Shown here one piece after another: positions 40,534-50,009 of a stretch of 64,000 nt of DNA (positions within the stretch are counted from its first letter, which is position 1; the number at the start of each line of letters is the position of its first letter). The translations under genes were made by a program, and so were the position numbers. The notes beneath the pieces are model-generated. The model was given only the letters and a program-made list of their open reading frames with translations, made no database searches and was not told the DNA's origin. Source of the stretch: Gemmatimonas aurantiaca (GTDB lineage Bacteria > Gemmatimonadota > Gemmatimonadetes > Gemmatimonadales > Gemmatimonadaceae); the NCBI RefSeq assembly GCF_037190085.1, contig NZ_JBBCJO010000015.1:3480-67479 (forward strand), read 5' to 3'.

Positions 40534-41586
40534 ATGATCGAGACGACTTCCGCCCACCCACGGCCTGTCCTGCCACTCCCCGCCACACTCGAAACCCTGC
40601 CCCGGCGGGTACTCGTCACGGGTGGTGCGGGATTCATCGGCAGCGCGCTCGTCTGGGCGCTCAATCAGCAGGGCGTGGACCGCATCGTGGTCGCCGACCG
40701 CCTCGGCCAGGACGAGAAGTGGCGCAACCTCGTGCCGCTGCGCTTCGAGGACTATCTCGAAGCCGACGATCTCTTTGCCCGACTCGGGTCGGGGGCCCTG
40801 GGCGATTTTGATCTCGTGCTGCATCTGGGCGCCTGCTCCGCCACCACCGAACTCGATGCGACGTATCTCGCCCGCAACAACTTCGAGTTCACCAAACATC
40901 TCGCGCACTGGGCCCTCGCCCACGGTGCGCGGTTCGTGTATGCCTCCAGCGCCGCCACGTACGGCGATGGCGCGCACGGCATGGACGACACCGACAATGC
41001 GCCGGCCGCGCTCACCCGCCTGCGGCCGCTCAATGCGTACGGCTACTCGAAACATCTCTTCGATCAGTACGCCGCCCAGGCCGGCATCCTGCGGCAACTC
41101 GTGGGCCTCAAGTATTTCAACGTGTACGGTCCCAACGAAGCACACAAAGGCGAGATGCGCTCGCTCGTGCACAAGGCGTTCGGACAGATCCTCGAGACCG
41201 GCAGCGTGCGACTGTTCCGCTCTCACCGTCCCGACTACAGGGACGGCGAACAGCAACGCGATTTCCTGTACGTGAAGGACGCCGTGGCCATGACACTGTA
41301 TCTGGCCATGGCGCCGGCGGCGGGTGGCCTCTACAACATCGGCAGCGGTCATGCGCACTCCTGGCTCGAACTCACCGGCGCGCTGTTTGCCGCCCTGGGA
41401 CGCGACCCGCGCATCGAGTTCATCGATATCCCCGAGTCCATCCGCGCGAAGTACCAGTACCACACGAAGGCCGCCATCGCGAAGCTGCGCGCCGCCGGAT
41501 ACGGCGCGCCCGTGACGCCGCTGGCCGATGCCGTGAAAGACTACGTGCAGAACTATCTCACCGGCGACCGCCGTCTCGGTGACTGA
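40534..41586 (+). CDS. hldD: ADP-L-glycero-D-manno-heptose 6-epimerase
   Basis: VTGGAGFIGSALVWALN, LHLGACS.TTE, FVYASSAATYG, LNAYGYSK.LFD, KYFNVYGPNE.HKG and QQRDFLYVKD are colinear with HldD/RfaD. Confidence 0.88.
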   Translation: MIETTSAHPRPVLPLPATLETLPRRVLVTGGAGFIGSALVWALNQQGVDRIVVADRLGQDEKWRNLVPLRFEDYLEADDLFARLGSGALGDFDLVLHLGACSATTELDATYLARNNFEFTKHLAHWALAHGARFVYASSAATYGDGAHGMDDTDNAPAALTRLRPLNAYGYSKHLFDQYAAQAGILRQLVGLKYFNVYGPNEAHKGEMRSLVHKAFGQILETGSVRLFRSHRPDYRDGEQQRDFLYVKDAVAMTLYLAMAPAAGGLYNIGSGHAHSWLELTGALFAALGRDPRIEFIDIPESIRAKYQYHTKAAIAKLRAAGYGAPVTPLADAVKDYVQNYLTGDRRLGD

Positions 41587-43147
41587 TCTGCCGGGGCGGC
41601 TTTCGCGATGGTTCCTCGGGCTGTGTGTGCCGTGCATGCTTTGCATGCTGTGCGTGTTGTCCCTGCTGACGGCCTGCAGCGCGCCATCGGACGGCCCGGC
41701 AGGGGTGCTGCGCTGGGGCGGCGACGCGGAGGGTGGTGCTCCCTTCGTCGAAGCCGACCCGTCCAACCCGGCCCTCGTGCGCGGCTTCGATGTGGAGATC
41801 GCGACGATGATGGCCGAGGGCATGGGTCGCCGCCCGCAGTTCGTGCAGGTGAGCTGGGCGTCGATCGAACAGTCGGTGGCGCGCGGCGACTTCGACGTGG
41901 GCATGTCGGGACTCGAGGATCGCGCCGAATTGCGCGAACGGCTGGCGGTGAGTCTGCCCTACTTCGAGTTCCGCGAAGTGCTCGCCGTCAGACCGGCCGA
42001 CACGACGCGGTTCCGCACCCTGGCCGATCTCGCGCGCCGACGTGTGGCCACGCTCGGGTCCACGCAGGCCTACGCGCTGCTGCTCGATGCCCAACGTGCG
42101 CACGGCGTGATCCCCGTGTCCTACGACGACGACGTCCATCCGTACGAGGATCTGGTGGCCGGCCGCGTCGACGCGGTGCTGCTGGATCACGTGATCGCCG
42201 AGCGCGCCCTGCGGCGCACAGCGGGGTTTGTCGTCCTCGCCACCCCCATCACGACCGGCCACTACGTCGCCGTCTTCGCACCGCAGCGGCGCGCCCTGCG
42301 CGATTCGGCGGATGCGGTCCTGCGGGCACGCATCATCGATGGATCGCTCGAAGCGGTCTTCCGTCGCTGGGGAGTGTGGGACGAGGCCCAGGCCCGGTAT
42401 CAGCAGCGGCTCATCGCGCAGTTCCGTGCGATGGGCGGCGACGGGACGACCGCGGTATTGCCGGACATGGCGTCGCCGACCGTGACATCGCCGACCGCGG
42501 CATCACCACGGGTGAATACACCCGGCGCGTATCTGCCCGCGCTGCTGCGCGCGGCGGTGATCACCCTGGGCATCTCCGTGGCCGCGATGATGCTCGCGAT
42601 GAGCCTCGGCGCGTTCATTGCCGCCGGACGGGTGTATGGCGGACCGCTCGCACGCGCGGCACTGACGGTGTACGTGGAAGTGGTGCGGGGCACGCCGGTG
42701 CTGCTGCAGCTCTTCGTGTTGTACTACGGTCTGAGCAGCGTGGTGCGTCTGCCGGCATTGTTCGCCGCCATCCTCGGCCTGGGCCTCAACTACGCCGCGT
42801 ACGAATCGGAGATCTACCGGGCCGCCCTGCAGGCCATTCCGCGGGCACAACTCGAAGCCGCGCGCACCCTTGGACTCACGGAGTGGCAGATCCTCCGGCT
42901 GGTCCGTGGTCCCCAGGCCGTGCGTCTCGCCCTGGCGCCGATGACCAACGATTTTGTGGCGCTGCTCAAGGACTCGTCGCTGGTGTCGGTCATCACCGTG
43001 GTCGAACTCACCAAGCAGACCGCCATCTATGCCACGAACGTGGGCAGCTGGGTCATTCCCGGTCTGCTGTGTGGCGTCATCTATCTGCTGATGTCGCTGC
43101 CGCTTTCGCACCTCGCACGGCGACTCGAGTCGCGCTGGAGCGTGTGA
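41579..43147 (+). CDS. Amino-acid ABC transporter, fused periplasmic binding domain and permease
   Basis: The N-terminal half has a lipoprotein signal (..SLLTAC) and a family-3 solute-binding pattern (GFDVEIA..M..). The C-terminal half has 5-6 transmembrane segments and the EAA loop (EAARTLGLTEWQILRLV.GPQA). GTG start, 8-nt overlap with hldD. Confidence 0.8.
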   Translation: MTDLPGRLSRWFLGLCVPCMLCMLCVLSLLTACSAPSDGPAGVLRWGGDAEGGAPFVEADPSNPALVRGFDVEIATMMAEGMGRRPQFVQVSWASIEQSVARGDFDVGMSGLEDRAELRERLAVSLPYFEFREVLAVRPADTTRFRTLADLARRRVATLGSTQAYALLLDAQRAHGVIPVSYDDDVHPYEDLVAGRVDAVLLDHVIAERALRRTAGFVVLATPITTGHYVAVFAPQRRALRDSADAVLRARIIDGSLEAVFRRWGVWDEAQARYQQRLIAQFRAMGGDGTTAVLPDMASPTVTSPTAASPRVNTPGAYLPALLRAAVITLGISVAAMMLAMSLGAFIAAGRVYGGPLARAALTVYVEVVRGTPVLLQLFVLYYGLSSVVRLPALFAAILGLGLNYAAYESEIYRAALQAIPRAQLEAARTLGLTEWQILRLVRGPQAVRLALAPMTNDFVALLKDSSLVSVITVVELTKQTAIYATNVGSWVIPGLLCGVIYLLMSLPLSHLARRLESRWSV

Positions 43148-43148
43148 C

Positions 43149-43925
43149 ATGTCCACGCACACGTCCACTCCCATGACCAGCGACCTGTCCGCTCCGGCGC
43201 TGCGTCTGGAACACCTGACGCTCACCCGTGACGGCCGCCCGGTGCTGCGTGGTGTCGATCTCACCGTGCCACGTGGTGAAGTGTGGGCGCTGATGGGCGT
43301 CTCGGGCGCCGGCAAGAGCACGATCCTGCGCGCCGCGGTGGCGCTGGAGCCGTTCGACGGTGGACGCATCGTCGTGGACGATGTGACCTTGCATCCGGGG
43401 CGTATTCCTCCCGAGTCCCGGCTGCGCGCGCTGCGCCAGCGCATCGGCATGGTCTTTCAGCATCACGCACTCTTCGCGCATCTGACTGCGATGGAGAATG
43501 TCACGCTGGCGCCGGTACACACCGGAACGGCTTCACCGGAGGCCGCGCGGGCAACGGCGCTGTCGCTGTTCGAATCGCTGGGGGTGGCCCATCGGGTGGA
43601 TGCCTACCCGGCGCAGCTCTCCGGCGGCGAGGCGCAACGTGTGGCCATCGCCCGGGCGCTCGCCCTCGACCCGCAACTCCTGCTGATGGACGAACCCACC
43701 GCGGCGCTGGATCCGGCGCGACGGGTCGCCCTCACCGAGACACTGCGTGCGCTGGCGCGCAGTGGACGCACGCTGCTCATCACCACCCACGACATCGCAT
43801 TCGCCCGCACGGTGGCCGATCGTGTGGCCATCCTGTCCCATGGCGAAGTCGTGGAATGTGGCGATGCGCGCGCAGTGCTGGACGCCCCGCAACACGACGC
43901 CACCCGGGCGCTGCTGCGCGACTGA
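43149..43925 (+). CDS. Amino-acid ABC transporter ATP-binding protein
   Basis: Walker A GVSGAGKST, signature LSGGEAQRVAIARAL and Walker B LLLMDEPT. Confidence 0.9.
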   Translation: MSTHTSTPMTSDLSAPALRLEHLTLTRDGRPVLRGVDLTVPRGEVWALMGVSGAGKSTILRAAVALEPFDGGRIVVDDVTLHPGRIPPESRLRALRQRIGMVFQHHALFAHLTAMENVTLAPVHTGTASPEAARATALSLFESLGVAHRVDAYPAQLSGGEAQRVAIARALALDPQLLLMDEPTAALDPARRVALTETLRALARSGRTLLITTHDIAFARTVADRVAILSHGEVVECGDARAVLDAPQHDATRALLRD

Positions 43926-44001
43926 CCCGTCGGCGAGACGGATCCAAGCCGGAACGAGGCGGGAACGACGGACGGACGCCGGCCGACGGACGCCGGGTGT
44001 G

Positions 44002-45435
44002 TCAGCCGCTCCTGGCCCAGTGATACACCCCGCCATAGTGCTTCGCGGCGGTGGCCCAGGAGTGATCTTCCTTCATCCCCCGTTCGCGCAGGATCCGCCA
44101 CCCTTCGGCTTCCCGATACGACGTCAGCGCGCGACGGATCGCATCGATGAAATGTCCGGCGTCATACGGATGGAACCGGAATCCGTTGCCTTCCCATCCT
44201 TCACGCACCGTGTCGGCCAGACCACCCGTGGCACGCACCACCGGCACGCTGCCGTACCGCAAGGCGATGAGTTGCCCCAGACCGCAGGGCTCGAATCGCG
44301 ACGGCATGAGAAACGCATCGCTGCCCGCATAGACCTGCTGTGCCAGTGCGGCATCGAAGCCCACGTGCACCGCCACCCGCGTGGGATGATGATGCGCCAG
44401 CCGCTGAAAGGCTTCCTGCAGATACGGCTGACCGGAACCCAGCAGCACGAGCTGCGCATCGGTTTCCTGCAGCAGCCAGGGCATCACCACGTGCAGCAGA
44501 TCGAATCCCTTCTGCTCCACCAGCCGTGACACCACACCCAGCAGGGGACGCGACGCTTCGACGGGCAATCCCATGCGGGTCTGCAGCGCCGCCTTGCACG
44601 CCGCTTTGCCGCTCATGTCGTCCACATGGTAGGGCGCGGCGATGTGGGCGTCGGTGGCCGGATCGAAACGCTGCGTGTCGATGCCGTTCAGAATGCCCGC
44701 CACCCGATCCTGCCGGCGCCGCAACAACCCATCGAGCCGCTCGCCATACTCGGGTGTCATGATCTCGCGGGCATACGTGGGACTCACCGTCGTCACCACG
44801 TCGGCATACAAAATGCCGCGCGCCATGAAGTTGAACGAATGCGCGATGCCGGCCCCCATCCCGTTTTCGACCAGGCCGCCCTCGCTCAGCCCCGCGACGG
44901 CCAGCACGTCGGGGTGCACCTGTCCCTGATAGGCGAGGTTGTGGATGGTGAAGACCGTCGCGATGTGGCCGAACGTGTACGCGTAATACGTCTTCAGGTA
45001 GTTGATGACGAGCGCCGCGTGCCAGTCGTGACAGTGCACGATATCGGGTTGCCACCCCTCCACTTCCCGCAGATGCTGCATGGAGGCCAGCACACCGCGC
45101 GCGAACAGAATGAACCGGCGATGATCGTCGGATTCACCGTAGATCACGCCGCGTTCGAAGGCCGCCGGAATGTCGAGCAGGTATGTGGGCACCGCGTCCT
45201 CGCGCGCCCGCAGCAGTCGCAACTCCTCGGCCCGTTCCCCGATCGGCAGGAACGTGGCGGCGATGGGCCCATCCACCGGCACCCGGCGTTCCCGCAACTC
45301 CCGGTAGCGCGGCATCATGACCCGCACATCGTGTCCGGCATCCCGCAGGGCGGCGGGCAGGGCACCGGCAACATCGGCCAATCCGCCCGTCTTGACGTAG
45401 GGCGTGGCTTCGGCGGCGACGAAGAGGACATTCAT
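44002..45435 (-). CDS. glgA: Glycogen synthase (ADP-glucose type)
   Basis: [33 protein letters not shown], and the C-terminal [10 protein letters not shown] and GGLADTV blocks. Confidence 0.92.
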   Translation of the reverse strand: MNVLFVAAEATPYVKTGGLADVAGALPAALRDAGHDVRVMMPRYRELRERRVPVDGPIAATFLPIGERAEELRLLRAREDAVPTYLLDIPAAFERGVIYGESDDHRRFILFARGVLASMQHLREVEGWQPDIVHCHDWHAALVINYLKTYYAYTFGHIATVFTIHNLAYQGQVHPDVLAVAGLSEGGLVENGMGAGIAHSFNFMARGILYADVVTTVSPTYAREIMTPEYGERLDGLLRRRQDRVAGILNGIDTQRFDPATDAHIAAPYHVDDMSGKAACKAALQTRMGLPVEASRPLLGVVSRLVEQKGFDLLHVVMPWLLQETDAQLVLLGSGQPYLQEAFQRLAHHHPTRVAVHVGFDAALAQQVYAGSDAFLMPSRFEPCGLGQLIALRYGSVPVVRATGGLADTVREGWEGNGFRFHPYDAGHFIDAIRRALTSYREAEGWRILRERGMKEDHSWATAAKHYGGVYHWARSG

Positions 45436-45479
45436 ACCAGTACCTTACGCCCTGCACGCCCGCGACGCAAAATGCGGAC

Positions 45480-46736
45480 ATGACCCCGTCCAATCGCGGA
45501 ACACTGGCCCGCACGGCCATGGCGTACGTGCTCGCCGGCGGGCGCGGATCCCGCCTCCATGAACTCACCGATCCCCGCGCCAAGCCCGCGGTGTATTTCG
45601 GCGGCAAGACGCGCATCATCGACTTCGCGCTCTCGAACGCCATCAACTCCGGCATCCGCCGCATCGGCGTGGCCACGCAATACAAGGCGCACAGTCTGAT
45701 CCGGCATCTGCAGCGCGGATGGAACTTCATGCGCCCCGAGCGCAACGAGAGTTTCGACATCCTGCCGGCGAGCCAGCGCGTCAGCGAAACGCAGTGGTAC
45801 GACGGCACGGCCGACGCAGTCTATCAGAATCTGGACATCATCGCCGACTACGCGCCGGAATACATGGTCATCCTGGCGGGCGATCATGTCTACAAGATGG
45901 ACTACGAGCTCATGCTGCAGCAGCACGTCAACCAGCGGGCCGACGTCACGGTGGGCGTGCTGGAAGTGCCGCGAAAGGAAGCGTCGGGGTTCGGCGTGAT
46001 GCATGTGGACGGGGACGATCGCATCATCACGTTCCTGGAGAAGCCGGAGGATCCGCCGGGCATCCCCGGTCGCCCCGATCTCGCGCTGGCCAGCATGGGG
46101 ATCTACGTCTTCAAGACGACGTATCTCATCGAATTGCTGCGCGCCGACGCCGCCGATCCGCACTCCAGCCACGACTTCGGCAAGGATCTGATCCCCGGCG
46201 TGGTGCGCAACGGCAAGGCCATCGCCCACCGCTTCAGCACCTCCTGCATACGCTCGCCGGATGAGCCGCGGGCCTACTGGCGCGATGTCGGCACGATCGA
46301 TGCGTATTGGGAAGCCAACGTGGATCTCACCACGGTCACGCCCGAGCTCGATCTGTTCGACAAGGACTGGCCGATCTGGACCTATTCGGAGCTGACTCCG
46401 CCGGCCAAGTTCGTGCACAACGAGGAAGGCCGCCGGGGCCACGCCCTGAACTCCCTGGTGTCGGGCGGGTGTATCATCTCGGGGTCCTATCTGCACAAGT
46501 CGTTGCTGTTCACCGGGGTCCGGGTGCACTCCTATTCCCACCTGGAGGGCGCGGTGGTCCAGCCCTACGTGGACGTCGGGCGCGGTGCCCGGCTGCGTAA
46601 CGTCGTGGTGGATCGCGGGGTACGAATACCAGCCGGGCTGGTCGTCGGAGAAAATGCCGAACTCGACGCCAGACGGTTCCGTCGTACCAGCCGGGGGACG
46701 GTGCTGATCACCCAGCCGATGATCGATCGGCTCTGA
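45480..46736 (+). CDS. glgC: Glucose-1-phosphate adenylyltransferase
   Basis: [43 protein letters not shown] and SMGIYVF blocks. The C-terminus is left-handed beta-helix-like. Confidence 0.92.
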   Translation: MTPSNRGTLARTAMAYVLAGGRGSRLHELTDPRAKPAVYFGGKTRIIDFALSNAINSGIRRIGVATQYKAHSLIRHLQRGWNFMRPERNESFDILPASQRVSETQWYDGTADAVYQNLDIIADYAPEYMVILAGDHVYKMDYELMLQQHVNQRADVTVGVLEVPRKEASGFGVMHVDGDDRIITFLEKPEDPPGIPGRPDLALASMGIYVFKTTYLIELLRADAADPHSSHDFGKDLIPGVVRNGKAIAHRFSTSCIRSPDEPRAYWRDVGTIDAYWEANVDLTTVTPELDLFDKDWPIWTYSELTPPAKFVHNEEGRRGHALNSLVSGGCIISGSYLHKSLLFTGVRVHSYSHLEGAVVQPYVDVGRGARLRNVVVDRGVRIPAGLVVGENAELDARRFRRTSRGTVLITQPMIDRL

Positions 46737-46758
46737 GGAACGTCCGAGGACACAAACC

Positions 46759-47175
46759 ATGTCTGTCACATTGTCTGCCCGCCGTACCCTGCTGGCGCTC
46801 GCCGTCGTGGCTGGAGCGCTGGGGCTTTCGAGTTGCCGCAAGGGCGCCCCGCCGAGCGGCGGGGAGATGGGTTCCATCGTCCTGGTCAACAACCGGGGCT
46901 ATTACGATGTGAACATCTATGCCATTCGCTCCGTGGGCGTGAACGGCCGGCGACTGGCCACGGTGCAGGGTGGATCCACCGCCACCCTGCGCGTCCGGGA
47001 GATGGACCAGCAGCCGGGCGGCGGTGTCATGCTCAACCTGCGGGCGATCGGAGCACGGGCCACCTGGACCACGCCGCTGCTGAATATCGGCTTCGGGTCC
47101 GTGGGGCGGCTGGACATCATGTCCAGCAGCGGCGGCGATCTCAGTCAGAGCATGTTCTATCTGTCCACGCAGTAA
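46759..47175 (+). CDS. Hypothetical lipoprotein
   Basis: Signal plus lipobox LGLSSC. 138 aa, with no recognisable motif. It lies 22 nt downstream of glgC. Confidence 0.5.
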   Translation: MSVTLSARRTLLALAVVAGALGLSSCRKGAPPSGGEMGSIVLVNNRGYYDVNIYAIRSVGVNGRRLATVQGGSTATLRVREMDQQPGGGVMLNLRAIGARATWTTPLLNIGFGSVGRLDIMSSSGGDLSQSMFYLSTQ

Positions 47176-47215
47176 CCGCCATCGTCACGCGGCAACACCG
47201 GGCAGGGCCCACCGC

Positions 47216-48145
47216 TCACCGACGCCCCCACTGCGCGGTGATGGCCTGACCGATCCGCCCGATCACCGCATTCCCGTCCGCATCCACCCAGTAGCGGGTA
47301 TCGACGTTCTCCTTGGTCATCACACAAGCCACGATGCGCGCCGGCAGATACAGGATGCCACAATCCGTGCGCGCGGCATCCACATCGCCGGTTTTGTGCG
47401 CGGCCCGCACGCCATAGTTGAAGCGCAGCAGTTTGGAATCGTCGGCGTTCTGGGCGAGGATGGTGAGCATGGTGGAGTCGGCCGCCGGACTCACCGCCTT
47501 GCCCTGCGCCATCAGCGTGAAGAGCTGCGCCATCTCGTTGGGTGTGGTCACTCCGAGTCCGTATTTGGCCGAACTGTCGGGCGCGACGGTGGCGATACGC
47601 GTCATCGATCCGGAATGCACCTTGGTGTGTGGCAGGCCGAGCGCTTCCATCTTCTGCCACACGCGTCGGATCTTGATCCGGTCGAGCACGAGATTGGTGG
47701 CCGTGTTGTCGCTCAGCGTACTCATGAGCCAGGCCACGTCCCACAGACGCAGCGTGAGCGGTGTGCGCAGGAACTGCAGTTGCCCCGCCCCACCCACTTT
47801 GTCGATGTCCGTCAGTACGATCGGATCGTCCAGCGTGAGCTGCTTCTGCTCCGCCAGATCGAACAACCCCACCAGGATCGGCACCTTGATGAGTGAGGCG
47901 GTCGTGAAGGTTTCGTCGCCGCGGCGCTCGAGGTGTTCACCGGTCTCGAGGTTGGTGATGCTGTAGCCCACCACGCCGCGATGCGCGTCGGCGAGACTGT
48001 CGATGGTACGGCGCAGCGCCGCGGGGGCATCTTTGCGCGTGCCGGCGATGGCACGCGGGGCCATGGATGAGCCGGTCGACTGCGCCGACATCATCGCCGG
48101 AAGACTCGCGGCGGCCCACAACGCAAGAGCGGGGAGAAGTCGCAT
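47216..48145 (-). CDS. Class A beta-lactamase-fold serine hydrolase
   Basis: Signal peptide, SxxK (TTASLIKV), SDN (TLSDNTATN) and KTG (AHKTGD) motifs in the class A order and spacing. Confidence 0.75.
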   Translation of the reverse strand: MRLLPALALWAAASLPAMMSAQSTGSSMAPRAIAGTRKDAPAALRRTIDSLADAHRGVVGYSITNLETGEHLERRGDETFTTASLIKVPILVGLFDLAEQKQLTLDDPIVLTDIDKVGGAGQLQFLRTPLTLRLWDVAWLMSTLSDNTATNLVLDRIKIRRVWQKMEALGLPHTKVHSGSMTRIATVAPDSSAKYGLGVTTPNEMAQLFTLMAQGKAVSPAADSTMLTILAQNADDSKLLRFNYGVRAAHKTGDVDAARTDCGILYLPARIVACVMTKENVDTRYWVDADGNAVIGRIGQAITAQWGRR

Positions 48146-48476
48146 GCCGGGAACATACCGTCTCCCTCAGCGCCTTGCTCCCCGTCTCGTGGACGCTCCC
48201 GCCCCTCCGCAGGATTGTCCGCCGGATACCCCTCTCCACGTGGACACCACGCAGGTATCCGGATCCCCGCACCCCCCACCAGCAGATCGCCCAAGGTCGA
48301 TGCGCTTGCCTGTGCAGAGGACACGTGTCGTGCACGCTTCCCTACGTCCGATATGCACGGGCCATCGGTGCATTCCCTGACACGCCTGTCGGGGGAATCT
48401 CGAATGCCGTGGATATCACCCGTCGATGCACATTGCACATTCCGTCTTCTGTCTTCCGTCACGCCGGAATCCCGTC

Positions 48477-49934
48477 ATGTCCAGCACTTCTCTCGCAACG
48501 CGTCCGCAACTCATCCAGGGCGGTATGGGCATCGGCGTGTCCAACTGGCGACTGGCACGGGCCGTCTCCCGCGCGGGACATCTGGGCGTCATATCGGGCA
48601 CGGTCATCGACACGGTGATGGTGCGTCGATTGCAGGACGGCGATCCCGGTGGGCATGTACGACGGGCACTGGCGCATTTCCCCATTCCCGCGATCGCGGA
48701 GGAGATGCTGCACCGGTACTTCCAGGTCAACGGCCGTGCGCCCGACGCGCCGTATCGCCTGTTACCCATGTATCGCCAGGTGGTCAGTCGCGCCCGGCAA
48801 CGCGTGACGGTGGCCGCGGCGTTCGTGGAAACATGGCTGGCCCGTGAGGGGCACGATGGGCTCGTGGGCATGAACCTGCTCACGAAGGTGCAACTGCCGA
48901 ATCTGCCCACGCTCTATGGCGCCATGCTCGCAGGGGTGTCCACCATCATCATGGGAGCGGGCATTCCCCGTGAGATTCCCGGCGCGCTCGATGCGCTCGC
49001 GGAACACCGGCCGGCCGCGCTGCGATTCGATCTCGAGGCGGCACCACGCGATGTCGTGGAGTGGATCACGTTCGATCCGGCCGATCTCTGGCTCGGTCAT
49101 GGTGCGCCTCCGTCCGCGCTCATGCGACCGTCGTTCTATCCGGTGGTCTCGGCGGTGTCACTGGCCGCGACCCTCGCCAGGAAGTCCACGGGACGTGTCG
49201 ATGGGTTCGTGGTCGAAAGTCCCACGGCGGGGGGACACAACGCGCCGCCACGCGGGGAGATGCAGCTCGACGCCTCGGGACAACCGGTCTATGGCGAACG
49301 GGATCTGGTCGACTTCGCCCGCATGCAGGAACTCGGTCTGCCGTTCTGGATTGCCGGTGGCGCCGGCACGCCGGAGGGACTCGATCGTGCGCTCGCCCTG
49401 GGTGCCGCCGGTATCCAGGTGGGCACGCTGTTCGCCTTCTGCAACGAATCGGGGCTCGACCCCGCGGTGCGCACCTCCGTGCTCGACGCGATCCGGTGCG
49501 GCACCGCCAGCGTGTTTACCGATCCCCTCGCATCGCCGACGGGATATCCCTTCAAGGTGATCCGCGGGGTGCCGGCGCTCGAGGCGACACGCACCCGCGT
49601 CTGCGATCTCGGTTATCTCCGCGTCGCCGTCCGTCAGGATGACGGCCGGGTGGTCTATCGTTGTGCCGCCGAACCGGTCGACGCCTACGTGGCCAAGGGC
49701 GGCAAAGCCGAAGACACCGAAGGACGCCGCTGCCTCTGCAACGGCCTGTTGTCCGATATCGGACTCGCCCAGCCCCGCGAGGAAGGCCCCGAACCGGCAC
49801 TGGTGACCAGCGGAGACGATCTGCAGTCCGTCGCGATGCTGGCCGCGGAAGGCAATTACAGCGCCGACGATGTGATCGGATGGCTCACGCGGGCCACGGA
49901 GCGGCGGATCGAGGAACCGATCGTGATGGCGTAG
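48477..49934 (+). CDS. Nitronate monooxygenase (NMO/2-nitropropane dioxygenase) family FMN enzyme
   Basis: IQGGMGIGVS.W.LA.AVS.AG.LGVISG N-terminal block and an AGGHN.. / WIAGGAGTPEG.. TIM-barrel pattern. Start chosen at the ATG at 48477. Confidence 0.7.
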   Translation: MSSTSLATRPQLIQGGMGIGVSNWRLARAVSRAGHLGVISGTVIDTVMVRRLQDGDPGGHVRRALAHFPIPAIAEEMLHRYFQVNGRAPDAPYRLLPMYRQVVSRARQRVTVAAAFVETWLAREGHDGLVGMNLLTKVQLPNLPTLYGAMLAGVSTIIMGAGIPREIPGALDALAEHRPAALRFDLEAAPRDVVEWITFDPADLWLGHGAPPSALMRPSFYPVVSAVSLAATLARKSTGRVDGFVVESPTAGGHNAPPRGEMQLDASGQPVYGERDLVDFARMQELGLPFWIAGGAGTPEGLDRALALGAAGIQVGTLFAFCNESGLDPAVRTSVLDAIRCGTASVFTDPLASPTGYPFKVIRGVPALEATRTRVCDLGYLRVAVRQDDGRVVYRCAAEPVDAYVAKGGKAEDTEGRRCLCNGLLSDIGLAQPREEGPEPALVTSGDDLQSVAMLAAEGNYSADDVIGWLTRATERRIEEPIVMA

Positions 49935-50009
49935 AACCGGACGCAGGGACGATCAGGCGTCGTCAGCAACGGAAGAACCAATACCCGGAATTCGACGGTA
50001 GATTCCGGG

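Noticed and set aside
43960-43995. Short direct repeats (CGGACGCCGG x2) between the ABC ATPase gene and glgA.
   Set aside because: They are low-complexity GC-rich sequence in a convergent spacer. They are too short and few to call a repeat element.
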